Source: an uncultured Brevinematales bacterium (lineage in GTDB: Bacteria; Spirochaetota; Brevinematia; Brevinematales; JAOACQ01). From it: DNA of 64,000 nucleotides. Made by a program: the position numbers and the translations under genes. Below are positions 47,029-57,743 of the stretch, one piece after another. The DNA is taken from the NCBI GenBank assembly GCA_964413265.1, contig CAYPRX010000119.1:15445-79444 (forward strand), written 5' to 3'. Under the pieces are notes generated by a model. That model worked only from the letters and a program-made list of their open reading frames with translations, did not search any database and was not told the DNA's origin. Within the stretch, counting starts at the first letter, position 1; every line of letters starts with the position of its first letter.

Positions 47029-48444
47029 TCAGACCTCCTGCTCATTATATTTGAATTCCTGCACGAATTTTCCAAGTTTCGAGTAAATGAAGGCGCGGTT
47101 GTTTTTTTCAGCAGCTTCGGCAAGTTCTGTTACCATAGCAATGATTTCTTCACGGCTTAGTGGCGTGAAGTCCTCCTGTGACAGGAAAAGTTTTTCAAAT
47201 GCTGAAGGCTTCAGCTTTTCCCTTGAATAACTGAGTTCCTCATGCATCTTTTCACCCCTGCGCAGGCCTGAGAATTCTATATGGAAATTGCTTTCACTGT
47301 AGCCATAGACAGATAAAAGGCTTTTCGCCAGGTCAAGAATACGAATAGGCCTTCCCATATCCATCACGAAAATCTTTCCCTGAGGTTCGGTGGCAGCCTT
47401 AATAACAAGACGGGCAGCCTCTGAAATTGACATAAAGTACCTTGTAATGTCCGGATGGGTAACAGTGATTTTTTCTCCTTTTTCAATCTGCCTGGCGAAA
47501 ACAGGGATAACGCTTCCCCTTGAACCGAGTACGTTCCCGAACCTTGTCAGCCTGAAGTTTGTGACATTCTGCATTTTATTAAGAGAAAGAACGATTTTCT
47601 CTGCAGCCCTCTTGGTAGCGCCCATTACGGAAGTCGGGTTAACAGCCTTATCGGTGGATACGAAAATAAAATCGCGCACTGCTGCCTGTATAGACGCAAG
47701 GGAAGTATAATATGTGCCTATAATGTTGGTTTTCACTGCCTCGTCCGGATAATCCTCCATAAGCGGAAGATGTTTATGGGCAGCCGCGTGGAATATGATA
47801 GCTGGACGGTAACGTCCGAATTCATAGATGAGCTTTTCAATGTCCCTGACATCGCCTATGCAGTAATCAAAACGGCTGTCCTGGCTTATATCGACTATCA
47901 AGGAATGAATTGAATTTTCGCCATGGCCGAATGCAATAACTTTTTTTACCGGAAGTTTGAACAGATGCATGAATATCTCCCTGCCTATCGAACCGCCTGC
48001 TCCAGTGACGAGCACGGTTTTTCCTTCATAGAAAGGAGAAATCCTATCAAGGTCAAAACCAACTTCCTCCCTGCCGAGAAGGTCAGACGGCTGAATACTC
48101 CTGATCTGAGAATAGCTTACTTTACCTTCAATAATCTCAAATATTCCAGGGACAATTTTAACTGCCGCTTCAGTGCCTGAAAGTTCAAGAAATATTTTCT
48201 GAATAACATCCTTTCCGGCGGAAGGTATTGCTATTATAACTTCATCAATGCCCTGTGATTTGATCGTATCCTTTGCGCAGGACAGCGGGCCAAATACCGG
48301 AAGCCCCATGCATGAGGTGAGCTCATTATTATCGTCCAGGAAACCGGCCACGCTGAATTTCAGAGAAATATCCCTTTTGTTTAAAATTTCGGAAGCAACC
48401 ATCTTTCCTGCGCTGCCTGCCCCGATTATAAGGACCCTTTTCAT
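47029..48444 (-). CDS. Nucleoside-diphosphate sugar 4,6-dehydratase (CapD/PglF family) lacking the N-terminal membrane domain
   Basis: [56 protein letters not shown]. Confidence 0.9.
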   Translation of the reverse strand: MKRVLIIGAGSAGKMVASEILNKRDISLKFSVAGFLDDNNELTSCMGLPVFGPLSCAKDTIKSQGIDEVIIAIPSAGKDVIQKIFLELSGTEAAVKIVPGIFEIIEGKVSYSQIRSIQPSDLLGREEVGFDLDRISPFYEGKTVLVTGAGGSIGREIFMHLFKLPVKKVIAFGHGENSIHSLIVDISQDSRFDYCIGDVRDIEKLIYEFGRYRPAIIFHAAAHKHLPLMEDYPDEAVKTNIIGTYYTSLASIQAAVRDFIFVSTDKAVNPTSVMGATKRAAEKIVLSLNKMQNVTNFRLTRFGNVLGSRGSVIPVFARQIEKGEKITVTHPDITRYFMSISEAARLVIKAATEPQGKIFVMDMGRPIRILDLAKSLLSVYGYSESNFHIEFSGLRRGEKMHEELSYSREKLKPSAFEKLFLSQEDFTPLSREEIIAMVTELAEAAEKNNRAFIYSKLGKFVQEFKYNEQEV

Positions 48445-50324
48445 AAAAAATGCCTTCCTTTCATATAGATCATCAGTGTCTGGAGGGCGGCCGGGGTTAC
48501 ACCGGAAATGCGGGAAGCCTGCCCAAGACTTGCAGGCCTTATACGGGAAAGTTTTTCAGTTTCTTCTTTTTTTAGGCTGCCCACGCTCTTATAATCAAAA
48601 TCATCTGGTATTTTTATCTTTTCCATATCTTCAAACTTCATAACCATCTGCCTTTCATCGCGCATGTACCCCTCGTACTTTATTTCAATCTCAACCTGTT
48701 CAATTTCTTCAGGAGAAAGCCCCTTAACAGAGGTGTAGAAGGGAGCCAGTTTATCGTAGCTTATCTCCGGCCGGCGAAGAATTTCGGCCAGGGATACAGG
48801 TTTTGCGATCGGAGAACTGCCTGCTTTTTTAAGGATTTTCAGTATTTTTTCCGATGGCTGGATCCTTACAGACATAAGCCTTCCGATCTCTTCATTGATA
48901 TTTTTTTCTTTGCTTTCAACGCGTCTGTAAAATATACCGGGAAGGAGTCCAAGTTCGTAACCCTTCTTTGAAAGCCTCCTGTCTGCGTTGTCTTCTCTCA
49001 ATAAAAGTCTGTATTCCACCCTTGATGTAAACATCCTGTATGGCTCATTTGTACCCTTTGTTGTAAGATCGTCAAGTAAAACCCCTATGTATCCTTCTGA
49101 CCTGTTTAATATGAAATCAGGCTTTCCCGCTGCCCTGACAGCAGCGTTAATGCCGGCTATAAGTCCCTGGGCTCCGGCTTCCTCGTAACCCGTGGTTCCG
49201 TTGATCTGTCCGGCAAGATAGAGATTTTTCAGGAGTTTTGTCTCCAGGGTTGGTTTGAGTTCAGTGGGATCAACATAATCGTGCTCTACCGCATATGCAG
49301 GACGCATCATTACAGCCTTCTCCAGGCCGGGAATACTATGGATAATATCAAGCTGGATATCGATCGGAAAGCCGTTTGATAGGCCGTTAGGGTAATACTC
49401 GCTGGTATTCCTGCCCTCGGGTTCAATAAATATATGGTGTCCAGTCCGGTCGGGGAATTTCATTACCTTGTCCTCTACTGAGGGGCAATAGCGTACGCCT
49501 GTAGCTTTTATCCTGCCTGAATACATAGGGGCAAGTTTTATATTATCGCGGATTATTTTATGGGTCTGTTCGGTTGTATGGGTAATGTAGCAGGAAAGCT
49601 GTTCCCCGTTTATAAATTCGTCTGTTTTATCAGTCCAGAAGGAAAAGGGCTTAATGGGTGCATCACCCTTCTGTTCTTCCATTCTGCCGAAATCTATTGT
49701 TCTGCCATCAAGGCGGGCTGGAGTGCCTGTTTTAAAGCGTCCCATCCTGAAGCCATATTCTCTTAGTTTTATTGAAATAGGGACAGCCGGGCTCTCTCCA
49801 AGTCTGCCGGCCGGAAAACTCCTCAAGCCGATATGAATCATTCCGTTTAAAAATGTTCCCGGCGTTAAGATAACTGTATCGGAGTTATAGCTTATTCCGA
49901 GAGCGGTAATGACGCCGGAAACGCTTTTACCACTTACTAAAATATCATCGACCATGTCCTGCCTGAGTTCCAGGTTCTTCTCTTTAAGGACAGTTTTCTG
50001 CATATAGGATCTGTAGAGGGGTTTGTCGCACTGGACTCTTGTTGATCTGACCGCAGGACCTTTTCTCATATTCAGAGTCCTGAATTGAAGGAGGGTGGTA
50101 TCTGCTGCGCGGCCCATCTCACCTCCGAGAGCATCCAGCTCTTTAACAAGCTGTCCCTTGCCTATGCCGCCGATAGATGGATTGCATGGCATCTGGCCGA
50201 TCAGATCTATATTGGGGGTGATGAGGAGAGTTCTGGCACCCATGCGGGCAGCAGCCAGAGAAGCCTCTATGCCGGCATGGCCGCCCCCGGCAACAATTAC
50301 ATCGAATTTTACCGGATAAACCAA
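48441..50324 (-). CDS. mnmG: tRNA uridine-5-carboxymethylaminomethyl modification enzyme
   Basis: [37 protein letters not shown]. Confidence 0.98.
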   Translation of the reverse strand: MVYPVKFDVIVAGGGHAGIEASLAAARMGARTLLITPNIDLIGQMPCNPSIGGIGKGQLVKELDALGGEMGRAADTTLLQFRTLNMRKGPAVRSTRVQCDKPLYRSYMQKTVLKEKNLELRQDMVDDILVSGKSVSGVITALGISYNSDTVILTPGTFLNGMIHIGLRSFPAGRLGESPAVPISIKLREYGFRMGRFKTGTPARLDGRTIDFGRMEEQKGDAPIKPFSFWTDKTDEFINGEQLSCYITHTTEQTHKIIRDNIKLAPMYSGRIKATGVRYCPSVEDKVMKFPDRTGHHIFIEPEGRNTSEYYPNGLSNGFPIDIQLDIIHSIPGLEKAVMMRPAYAVEHDYVDPTELKPTLETKLLKNLYLAGQINGTTGYEEAGAQGLIAGINAAVRAAGKPDFILNRSEGYIGVLLDDLTTKGTNEPYRMFTSRVEYRLLLREDNADRRLSKKGYELGLLPGIFYRRVESKEKNINEEIGRLMSVRIQPSEKILKILKKAGSSPIAKPVSLAEILRRPEISYDKLAPFYTSVKGLSPEEIEQVEIEIKYEGYMRDERQMVMKFEDMEKIKIPDDFDYKSVGSLKKEETEKLSRIRPASLGQASRISGVTPAALQTLMIYMKGRHFL

Positions 50325-50396
50325 GAGAATCCTCCAATATCAGGGTTATTCTATATTATAACATAAAAGGTCTATTTTGTATGCTTAATGATTATT

Positions 50397-50425
50397 TTGC
50401 CGAAAAGGTGAAAAAATAATAAAAT
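50397..50425 (+). promoter_or_regulatory. Sigma70 promoter
   Basis: TTGCCG-N17-TAAAAT. Confidence 0.5.
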
Positions 50426-50506
50426 ATTCAAGTAGAAAATACAGATACGCTCATGGCTTTCCCGCATGTCGGCAACTGCAGCTTTTCAAATAAAAAGGAG
50501 GTGGAT

Positions 50507-51469
50507 ATGAAAGCAATAGTTGTCCATGAATTCGGCGGACCTGAGGTATTGAAATACGAGGAAACAGCATTGCCGGAGGTATCAGAGGGTCAGGTGCTGG
50601 TTAAGATCGGAGCCGCAGGCGTGAACCCCTCCGATACATATAACAGGGCCGGAAATAGTGCCGTCAAACCCCAATTGCCGTTTACGCCCGGTACAGATGG
50701 CGCCGGAGTGATTGAAAGGGTCGGGATCGGGGTCTCAAAATTCAAGGCAGGCGACAGGGTTTACCTTGCACGTTCTATCTCAGGAACCTACGCTGAATAT
50801 ACACTAGCCCTTGAAAATCAGGTGCATCATTTGCCTGAAAATGTGACATTTTCGCAGGGGGCCGGTGTTTTTGTCCCCTATGGTACCGCCTTTCATGCAT
50901 TAAAGCATGTCGCTAAGGCTCAAAGGGATGAAAAGGTTTTAATTCATGGAGCAAGCGGAGGTGTTGGAACAGCTGCCCTCCAGATAGCATCTTTCATGGG
51001 TTTAAAAATTTTTGGTACAGCGGGAACCTCAAAGGGTATGGAGCTTGTAAAAAGGGAAGGAGCGCAGCAGGTTTTCGATCATACTAAAGAAAGATATCTT
51101 GATGATATTATAAATGCATCCGGAGGAGAAGGTGTTGACATAATCCTTGAAATGCTTGCTAATGTGAATCTCGGTAAGGACCTGAAACTTCTGGCTATGA
51201 ATGGAAGAATCATAGTAATTGGCAGCAGGGGCGATGTTATGATCACCCCTCGTGATCTGATGGCAAAAAGAGGAAAGATTATGGGGATAATGCTCTGGAA
51301 TATAACTCAGAATGAGTCATATGAAATTCATGAGTTCGTCAGGGCCGGACTTCGCAACGGCAGCCTGAGGCCGATAGTAAGAAGCGAAATACCTCTCTCC
51401 GAAGCAGTTCGTTCGCATGAAGAAGTAATGTCTCCCGGGTCATATGGAAAGATAGTTCTAATACCATAA
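50507..51469 (+). CDS. NADPH:quinone reductase (zeta-crystallin/MDR family)
   Basis: GGPEVL, GVNPSD, HGASGGVG; AGGAGG RBS. Confidence 0.92.
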   Translation: MKAIVVHEFGGPEVLKYEETALPEVSEGQVLVKIGAAGVNPSDTYNRAGNSAVKPQLPFTPGTDGAGVIERVGIGVSKFKAGDRVYLARSISGTYAEYTLALENQVHHLPENVTFSQGAGVFVPYGTAFHALKHVAKAQRDEKVLIHGASGGVGTAALQIASFMGLKIFGTAGTSKGMELVKREGAQQVFDHTKERYLDDIINASGGEGVDIILEMLANVNLGKDLKLLAMNGRIIVIGSRGDVMITPRDLMAKRGKIMGIMLWNITQNESYEIHEFVRAGLRNGSLRPIVRSEIPLSEAVRSHEEVMSPGSYGKIVLIP

Positions 51470-51580
51470 GATAAGATTCTATGCTCTGTTTTTCTGTGCC
51501 GGATTTTTTAATTTTATTAATAATAGAAAATGCAGGCAAAGGGATTTATAATATTGCTGATGATATCGGGGAGGATTTAT

Positions 51581-53254
51581 ATGCGCAGTGATCTGACCAA
51601 GAAGGGATTTCAAAGGGCACCAAACAGGTCTCTATTCAGAGCTATGGGTTTCGATGACTGGGAGACAAAAAGGCCGATAATCGGGGTCGCAAATTCTTTT
51701 AATGAATGTATTCCGGGACATATCAATTTAAATAAACTGGCTGACTCAGTAAAACGCGGCATATATGCAGCGGGGGGAATGCCAATGGAGTTCAATACCA
51801 TAGGTATTTGTGACGGCATAGCCATGGGACATATTGGCATGAAATATTCCCTTCCATCCCGGGAATTGATCGCAGATTCTGTGGAGTGCATGGCCCAGGC
51901 CTACCAGTTTGACGGCCTTGTCCTCATTTCCTCCTGTGATAAAATAATACCGGGAATGATGATAGCTGCCATGAGACTCAATATTCCTTCTATTTTCCTT
52001 ACCGGAGGCCCTATGCTTCCGGGTAATGTCGGTAAAAAAGATGAAATGGATCTCAATGATGTTTTCATAGGCGTCGGAAAGAAGGCGATAAATTCGATTT
52101 CTGATGAAGAACTTTACCGCCTTGAATGTGAAGCATGTCCGGGTGAAGGATCATGCGCCGGTATGTTTACGGCCAATACAATGTCGAACCTCAGTGAGGC
52201 GCTCGGTATAGGCCTGTTTTTAAACGGTTCCATTCCAGCAGTTTTTTCGGAGAGGCAGATGCTTGCAAAAAAAGCCGGCTTTAAAATCGTGGAACTTGTT
52301 GAAAAAGATATCAAGCCCCGTGATATTATGACGCGGAAAGCCTTTGAGAATGCCATAACACTTGATATGGCGCTTGGCGGTTCTACTAATACTGCGCTTC
52401 ATCTTCCTGCCATCGCATATTACGGTGATGTCAAACTCGAGCTGAAAGACTTTTCAGAATTCTCGATGAAGGTTCCTCATCTTACGAACATGGTCCCTGC
52501 GGGTCCCTACAGGATCCTCGATCTTTATTATGCCGGCGGGGTACCTGCTGTACTTTCAGAGCTGGCCAAAAAGAAAATGCTGCACCTTGACGCTATGACG
52601 GTATCGGGAAAATCACTTGGCGATACCCTTAAAGAATGTAAATCAGCTGTAAAAGATTATGATGTTATACATTCCGTCGCTAATCCTGTTCATGAGGCAG
52701 GCGGTCTTGCAGTTTTAACAGGGAACCTTGCGCCGGACGGAGCAATAGTCAAACAGGCCGCAGTTGCTCCTGAAATGATGAAGCATAGCGGTCCGGCGAG
52801 GGTATTTGATGGTGAAGAAGAGTGTACCAAAGCAATATTTGCCAATAAAATAAAAAAGGGCGATGTTATAGTGATAAGATATGAAGGCCCCAAGGGCGGG
52901 CCTGGAATGAGGGAAATGCTTTCACCTACTTCTTCAATAGCAGGAATGGGGCTTGACAAAGATGTGGCACTGATCACTGACGGTCGGTTCAGCGGAGCCA
53001 CGAAGGGCGCCTCGATAGGCCATATATCCCCTGAAGCAGCAGCAGGCGGACTTATCGGACTGGTGGAAGAGGGCGATATAATAGAGATCGATATTCCGGC
53101 AAAGGCTGTAAAACTGAAGGTTTCCGATTCTGTTATAGAAGGAAGGAGGAAAAAATGGTCTCCCCATCCCCCGAAGATCCTGACCGGTTACCTTGCGAGA
53201 TATTCAAGGATGGTAACTTCCGCCAGCAGGGGTGCAGTTTATGATTCGAAATAG
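51581..53254 (+). CDS. ilvD: Dihydroxy-acid dehydratase
   Basis: [49 protein letters not shown]. Confidence 0.96.
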   Translation: MRSDLTKKGFQRAPNRSLFRAMGFDDWETKRPIIGVANSFNECIPGHINLNKLADSVKRGIYAAGGMPMEFNTIGICDGIAMGHIGMKYSLPSRELIADSVECMAQAYQFDGLVLISSCDKIIPGMMIAAMRLNIPSIFLTGGPMLPGNVGKKDEMDLNDVFIGVGKKAINSISDEELYRLECEACPGEGSCAGMFTANTMSNLSEALGIGLFLNGSIPAVFSERQMLAKKAGFKIVELVEKDIKPRDIMTRKAFENAITLDMALGGSTNTALHLPAIAYYGDVKLELKDFSEFSMKVPHLTNMVPAGPYRILDLYYAGGVPAVLSELAKKKMLHLDAMTVSGKSLGDTLKECKSAVKDYDVIHSVANPVHEAGGLAVLTGNLAPDGAIVKQAAVAPEMMKHSGPARVFDGEEECTKAIFANKIKKGDVIVIRYEGPKGGPGMREMLSPTSSIAGMGLDKDVALITDGRFSGATKGASIGHISPEAAAGGLIGLVEEGDIIEIDIPAKAVKLKVSDSVIEGRRKKWSPHPPKILTGYLARYSRMVTSASRGAVYDSK

Positions 53255-53299
53255 CTTAAGGGAGCCATGCGCACGTTTTCAATGAAGACAGTTCCCAGT

Positions 53300-54583
53300 T
53301 TATTTTTCATGAATAATCCCTGAATGTTTTTCCAGATCCCCGATCAAATTTTTAATGCTGCCGGATGACTGCTCGCCTGTTGAAAGATCTCTAAGCGTGA
53401 AGTTTCCGCTGGATACCTCTTCAGAGCCTACGAACAGTGCGTACCTGGCCTTCATCGAATCAGCGGATTTAAGGTGTTTTTTCAGCGATGAATACCTGTA
53501 TTCAGCTACTGACGGCAGACCCCTGGCTCGTAGTTCAGCAATTATTTTTACAGCAAACTTACGGTTCTCCTCTCCGATAAAAGCTATATAGATCATTGGA
53601 GGCTTATAATAATCCATTTTCGGTTTTCCCGTAGCTTCGAGGACGGCCGCAAGCCGTTCCATGCCGAATGCGAAACCCGCCGCAGGAGTTTCGGGGCCGC
53701 CAAGTTCCTTTACCAGGTAATCATATCTGCCGCCGGCAGAAATGGTATTCTGTGCTCCAAGTATCGGCGATTTAATTTCAAAAACAGTCCGATTGTAATA
53801 ATCGAGGCCCCGCACAAGCCTTTCATCGAGCTTGTAATTTATACCGGCTGTTTTGAGCCCCGATATGACATCATTAAAGTGTGAGGAGCATTCTGAGCAG
53901 AGATAATCAAGGGCTGACGGTGCCCCGGATATGAGTCCTGCGCAATCCTCTTCCTTGCAGTCCAGTATGCGCAGTACGTTTTTTTCATAGCGTTCCTGGC
54001 AATTTTTGCACATCCCGGATATTCTATGACTGAAATAATCTTTAAGGGCATTGAGATAAACAGGTCTGCAGGTCCTGCATCCAATCGAATTAAGATAAAT
54101 TGAAATATCAACTATGCCGAGGGAACTGAAAAAGTCGTTATTCATACATATCAGTTCAACATCGGCTTCAGGTCTGCCGTCGCCTATGTATTCAGCCCCA
54201 TACTGGACAAACTGCCTGTATCTTCCGGCCTGAGGGTTCTCTGCCCTGAACATGGGTCCGCTATAATACATCCTGGCCGAGTAACCCTGCATCGAAAGCC
54301 CGTTTTCAATATAGAGTCTTACTGCGCAGGCAGTTCCCTCCGGCCTGAGCGCTATGGTTCGTTTACCCCTGTCCTTGAAAACATACATTTCTTTATTGAC
54401 TACAATATCAGATGAATCGCCCGCCACTCTCGTGAAAAGATCAGCATATTCGATTATGGGAAATTCTATGTTTTTATACCCATAAATATTGAGGATCTTT
54501 TCCACAGTGTTCTTAATATAAGAGTAAAAATCTGACTCAAGCGGTACTATATCGTAGGTTCCTTTTAGTTTTGAATAATTCAT
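53300..54583 (-). CDS. hisS: Histidine--tRNA ligase
   Basis: LRPEGT, FRAENPQAGRYRQF, LVRGLDYY, GGRYD. Confidence 0.97.
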   Translation of the reverse strand: MNYSKLKGTYDIVPLESDFYSYIKNTVEKILNIYGYKNIEFPIIEYADLFTRVAGDSSDIVVNKEMYVFKDRGKRTIALRPEGTACAVRLYIENGLSMQGYSARMYYSGPMFRAENPQAGRYRQFVQYGAEYIGDGRPEADVELICMNNDFFSSLGIVDISIYLNSIGCRTCRPVYLNALKDYFSHRISGMCKNCQERYEKNVLRILDCKEEDCAGLISGAPSALDYLCSECSSHFNDVISGLKTAGINYKLDERLVRGLDYYNRTVFEIKSPILGAQNTISAGGRYDYLVKELGGPETPAAGFAFGMERLAAVLEATGKPKMDYYKPPMIYIAFIGEENRKFAVKIIAELRARGLPSVAEYRYSSLKKHLKSADSMKARYALFVGSEEVSSGNFTLRDLSTGEQSSGSIKNLIGDLEKHSGIIHEK

Positions 54584-54704
54584 AATGATTTCTCCTGCTT
54601 AATAATGAAGCATATTATTAATGAGAGATATTATAACTAAAATAATTCAATTTACAAAATTTTTTGTTCCGGTTTCGGAATTAAAGCCCGGACGCTATAA
54701 TTTG

Positions 54705-54733
54705 TTGAATTTTTTAACATAATTTTTTATAAT
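54705..54733 (+). promoter_or_regulatory. Sigma70 promoter for aroF-tyrA
   Basis: TTGAAT-N17-TATAAT. Confidence 0.65.
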
Positions 54734-54768
54734 TACAACTACCTCGAAGGTAAAGGGTGGGGACACAT

Positions 54769-55791
54769 ATGATAATTGTACTTAAGCCAACCGCCTCGAA
54801 AGAGGAAATCGATCATATTGTTTCAATGATTGAAAAGGTCGGTCTCAGGACGAATATTTCAGTGGGAGAGACGCAGACTATCATTGGTGTGATCGGCGAT
54901 AAGACAAAGCTCACAAATACTCCAATTGCATCGCTTGCCAGTGTTGATTCCATCGTTCAGGTTTCAAAACCATATAAACTTGCAAGCAGGGATTTTCACC
55001 CCCCTGATACAATTATAGAGATAAAAAAAGTCAAGATAGGCGGAGGCAACCTCGGCATTATAGCCGGTCCCTGCAGCATTGAAAGCGAATATCAGCTTAT
55101 GACCATTGCTGAATCAGTCAAAGAATCCGGAGGTAATATTCTTAGAGGCGGTGCTTATAAACCGAGAACATCGCCTTACTCTTTTCAGGGCATGGGCGAG
55201 GAAGGGCTGAAATTATTGAAAAAGGCCGGCGCCGAGTTTGACATGCCTGTTATAACTGAAATAATGGATTCTTCAATGGTCAGTATCATAGAGGAATACT
55301 CAGATATTCTGCAGATAGGAACTCGAAATGCTCAAAATTACAGCCTGTTAAAGGAAGTCGGGAAATCAAGCAAACCGGTCGTATTGAAACGAGGAATGGC
55401 TCAGACTATCGAAGAATGGCTTATGTCTGCAGAATATATTATGTCTGAGGGTAACCGCGAAGTGGTTTTGTGCGAAAGAGGCATAAGAACATTCGAAACG
55501 GCGACAAGGAACACCCTGGATCTGATTGCAATTCCTGTGGTGAAAGAAAAAACGCATCTGCCGATTATTGTCGATCCCAGCCATGCAGCAGGAAAGTGGC
55601 AGTATGTGATGCCAATGGCGCTGGCCGCTGTTACAGCCGGGGCTGACGGTATTATGGTTGAGGTTCATAATGAACCAGAAAAAGCCATCTCTGACGGTGC
55701 CCAATCCCTAAAAATGGAAAAATTCTCAATTCTGATGGGTGAGATAAAAAAAATAGCGCCTGTTATCGGTGTGGGGTTTAATCTTAATTAA
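54769..55791 (+). CDS. aroF: DAHP synthase (class I-beta with N-terminal regulatory domain)
   Basis: IAGPCSIE, KPRTSPYSFQG, LKRG, CERGIR, DPSH. Confidence 0.93.
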   Translation: MIIVLKPTASKEEIDHIVSMIEKVGLRTNISVGETQTIIGVIGDKTKLTNTPIASLASVDSIVQVSKPYKLASRDFHPPDTIIEIKKVKIGGGNLGIIAGPCSIESEYQLMTIAESVKESGGNILRGGAYKPRTSPYSFQGMGEEGLKLLKKAGAEFDMPVITEIMDSSMVSIIEEYSDILQIGTRNAQNYSLLKEVGKSSKPVVLKRGMAQTIEEWLMSAEYIMSEGNREVVLCERGIRTFETATRNTLDLIAIPVVKEKTHLPIIVDPSHAAGKWQYVMPMALAAVTAGADGIMVEVHNEPEKAISDGAQSLKMEKFSILMGEIKKIAPVIGVGFNLN

Positions 55792-55805
55792 GGTATGAGG
55801 ATCAA

Positions 55806-56654
55806 ATGAAGAGAAAAATATTCGGAATATATGGACTTGGATTGATAGGAGGATCCATTGCTCTTGCAATCAAGAGTTTTATACCGGGATCAAAAATAGT
55901 CGGTTTTGGAAGGAATTTGGAAAAGCTTGATTCGGCAAAAAGATTAGGAATAATCGATAAAATTGCCCCGGATGATTCGGAGATCATCGGGGAACTGGAT
56001 TGTTTTATTATAGGGACACCCATAGAGATGGTGGCCAGTATATTTGGCAAGTATATGAAAATCCTCCCAGAGAATGTTATAGTCATGGATGTAGGTTCGG
56101 TTAAAAGGACTGTAATTAATGAAATAGCCAAAATTAATTCGAGGGGCCTTCATTTCGTCAGCACTCATCCGATGGTAGGCGGTGAAAAATCAGGTTTGGA
56201 ATTTGCTAGGGCCGACCTTTTTGATAAAAAAATAGTAGGCGTAATCGGGGAAGGACCTGAGGAAATTCTCGATGAAGTCAGAGAGTTCTGGAAAATTCTT
56301 GGGGCTCAGATTGTCCTAGTTTCGGCTGATTTTCATGATGAAATTGTTGCATCTACCAGCCATGCTCCGCATCTGATCGCTGCTGCAATTTCACGCTGTC
56401 TGGAAAAAGACGGCTGGGCTGATGTCCGTTTTTTTGGTCTGTATGGAAAAGGTCTGCTTGACACTACCAGGATTTCACAGGGTAATCCTGAAATGTGGGC
56501 GGGAATAACTATTATGAATGCCGATAATATTGAAAGGTCTTTAATTGATTTTTCCAGGGAGATCGACACGCTGATCCATATCATCAGGAATAAAAAGAGA
56601 AATGAGCTCGTAGAATATCTCGAGAAAGGCAAGGAATTCAGAGAAAAATTGTGA
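55806..56654 (+). CDS. tyrA: Prephenate dehydrogenase
   Basis: GLGLIGGS, DVGSVK, THPMVG, HD..VA.TSHAPH, TRI..GNPEMW. Confidence 0.92.
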   Translation: MKRKIFGIYGLGLIGGSIALAIKSFIPGSKIVGFGRNLEKLDSAKRLGIIDKIAPDDSEIIGELDCFIIGTPIEMVASIFGKYMKILPENVIVMDVGSVKRTVINEIAKINSRGLHFVSTHPMVGGEKSGLEFARADLFDKKIVGVIGEGPEEILDEVREFWKILGAQIVLVSADFHDEIVASTSHAPHLIAAAISRCLEKDGWADVRFFGLYGKGLLDTTRISQGNPEMWAGITIMNADNIERSLIDFSREIDTLIHIIRNKKRNELVEYLEKGKEFREKL

Positions 56655-56707
56655 AAATATACATATAGCCGAATGAGGGGTTTGTAATTGATGGGGAAAC
56701 GGGTATA

Positions 56708-57652
56708 ATGAAAAAGATATGCCTTTGTTTAGTGCTGGCTTTTTTTGCATACCCCTGTCATGCCAGGATGAATTACACCTATCAAGTCGGAAGTTTCGAG
56801 ATTAGAAAAGAAACAAATTTTTATATAATGGACGAGTTTACAAACTGCCTCTTTAAGGAACTCGCCGTGAAGAAATTTTATCTAACGGAATCCGGCACTT
56901 CAATTCAACCCGATTTTATAATTAGCGGATGGATGGATTCAATTCCGGGAAGATATGAATTTCATATTATAGTCGCCAGTTATACGAATAAATTCAATGA
57001 AAAAGCCGACGATCTTTACACGGAAGATCTTTACGGGCTTTCCGGTACCAGGGATGCGGCAAAGGCTGCTGCAGGCAGGATCGTCATCATGGCAGGAAAT
57101 GGCTATCTTCCTCCTTACAGGGAGAGACATAATTATAATCTGGATCATACACCAGAAGCATCTGAATCTGGCAGCCCGGAATCAGCCTTCATACTCAATT
57201 TTGTTGATGTCCCGATGAGGTATCCATACGGGTTTATGTATAATTTTCCCCTTGCTTTCAGCTTTGATTTATTCGAGTGCGGATATACTTTGTTTTTGCC
57301 GGGGACAGGCTTTGGCATAGGAGCAGGGACAAAGGCTGTTGATGTCCACGGTCCCACTGCCGGCTCCATTCTTCCTGTAATTTTATATCTTCCGGTATAT
57401 ATTTCCCCCGGTAATTACAGCTATAGCAGGCATGATCTGTATTTCAAAGCTGAATATGGTTTTTTACTGCCGCAGTACAGTTATATTGATTTGAGCCTTA
57501 ATCTCATACTTAACGGTATTTCATTTTCAGCCGGCTGGCTCGATCTTCCGGCTTATTCCTACGTCTCTTATAACAGGGCTTACTACAGTACCTTCTATGC
57601 GGGTTTGAAATTCAGCTTCGGGGAATACATTATCAAGCTCCAGGAAAAATAA
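56708..57652 (+). CDS. Exported hypothetical protein, possibly outer-membrane
   Basis: Signal peptide; aromatic alternating strands in the C-terminal half. Confidence 0.55.
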   Translation: MKKICLCLVLAFFAYPCHARMNYTYQVGSFEIRKETNFYIMDEFTNCLFKELAVKKFYLTESGTSIQPDFIISGWMDSIPGRYEFHIIVASYTNKFNEKADDLYTEDLYGLSGTRDAAKAAAGRIVIMAGNGYLPPYRERHNYNLDHTPEASESGSPESAFILNFVDVPMRYPYGFMYNFPLAFSFDLFECGYTLFLPGTGFGIGAGTKAVDVHGPTAGSILPVILYLPVYISPGNYSYSRHDLYFKAEYGFLLPQYSYIDLSLNLILNGISFSAGWLDLPAYSYVSYNRAYYSTFYAGLKFSFGEYIIKLQEK

Positions 57653-57743
57653 AAGCTGTTATTAAATTGACAGTAATTCCGACAATAATAATAGCGTTCC
57701 ATGGCTTGAAAAAAGGGGCTTTCATAATCGGAGGGATATTTAA

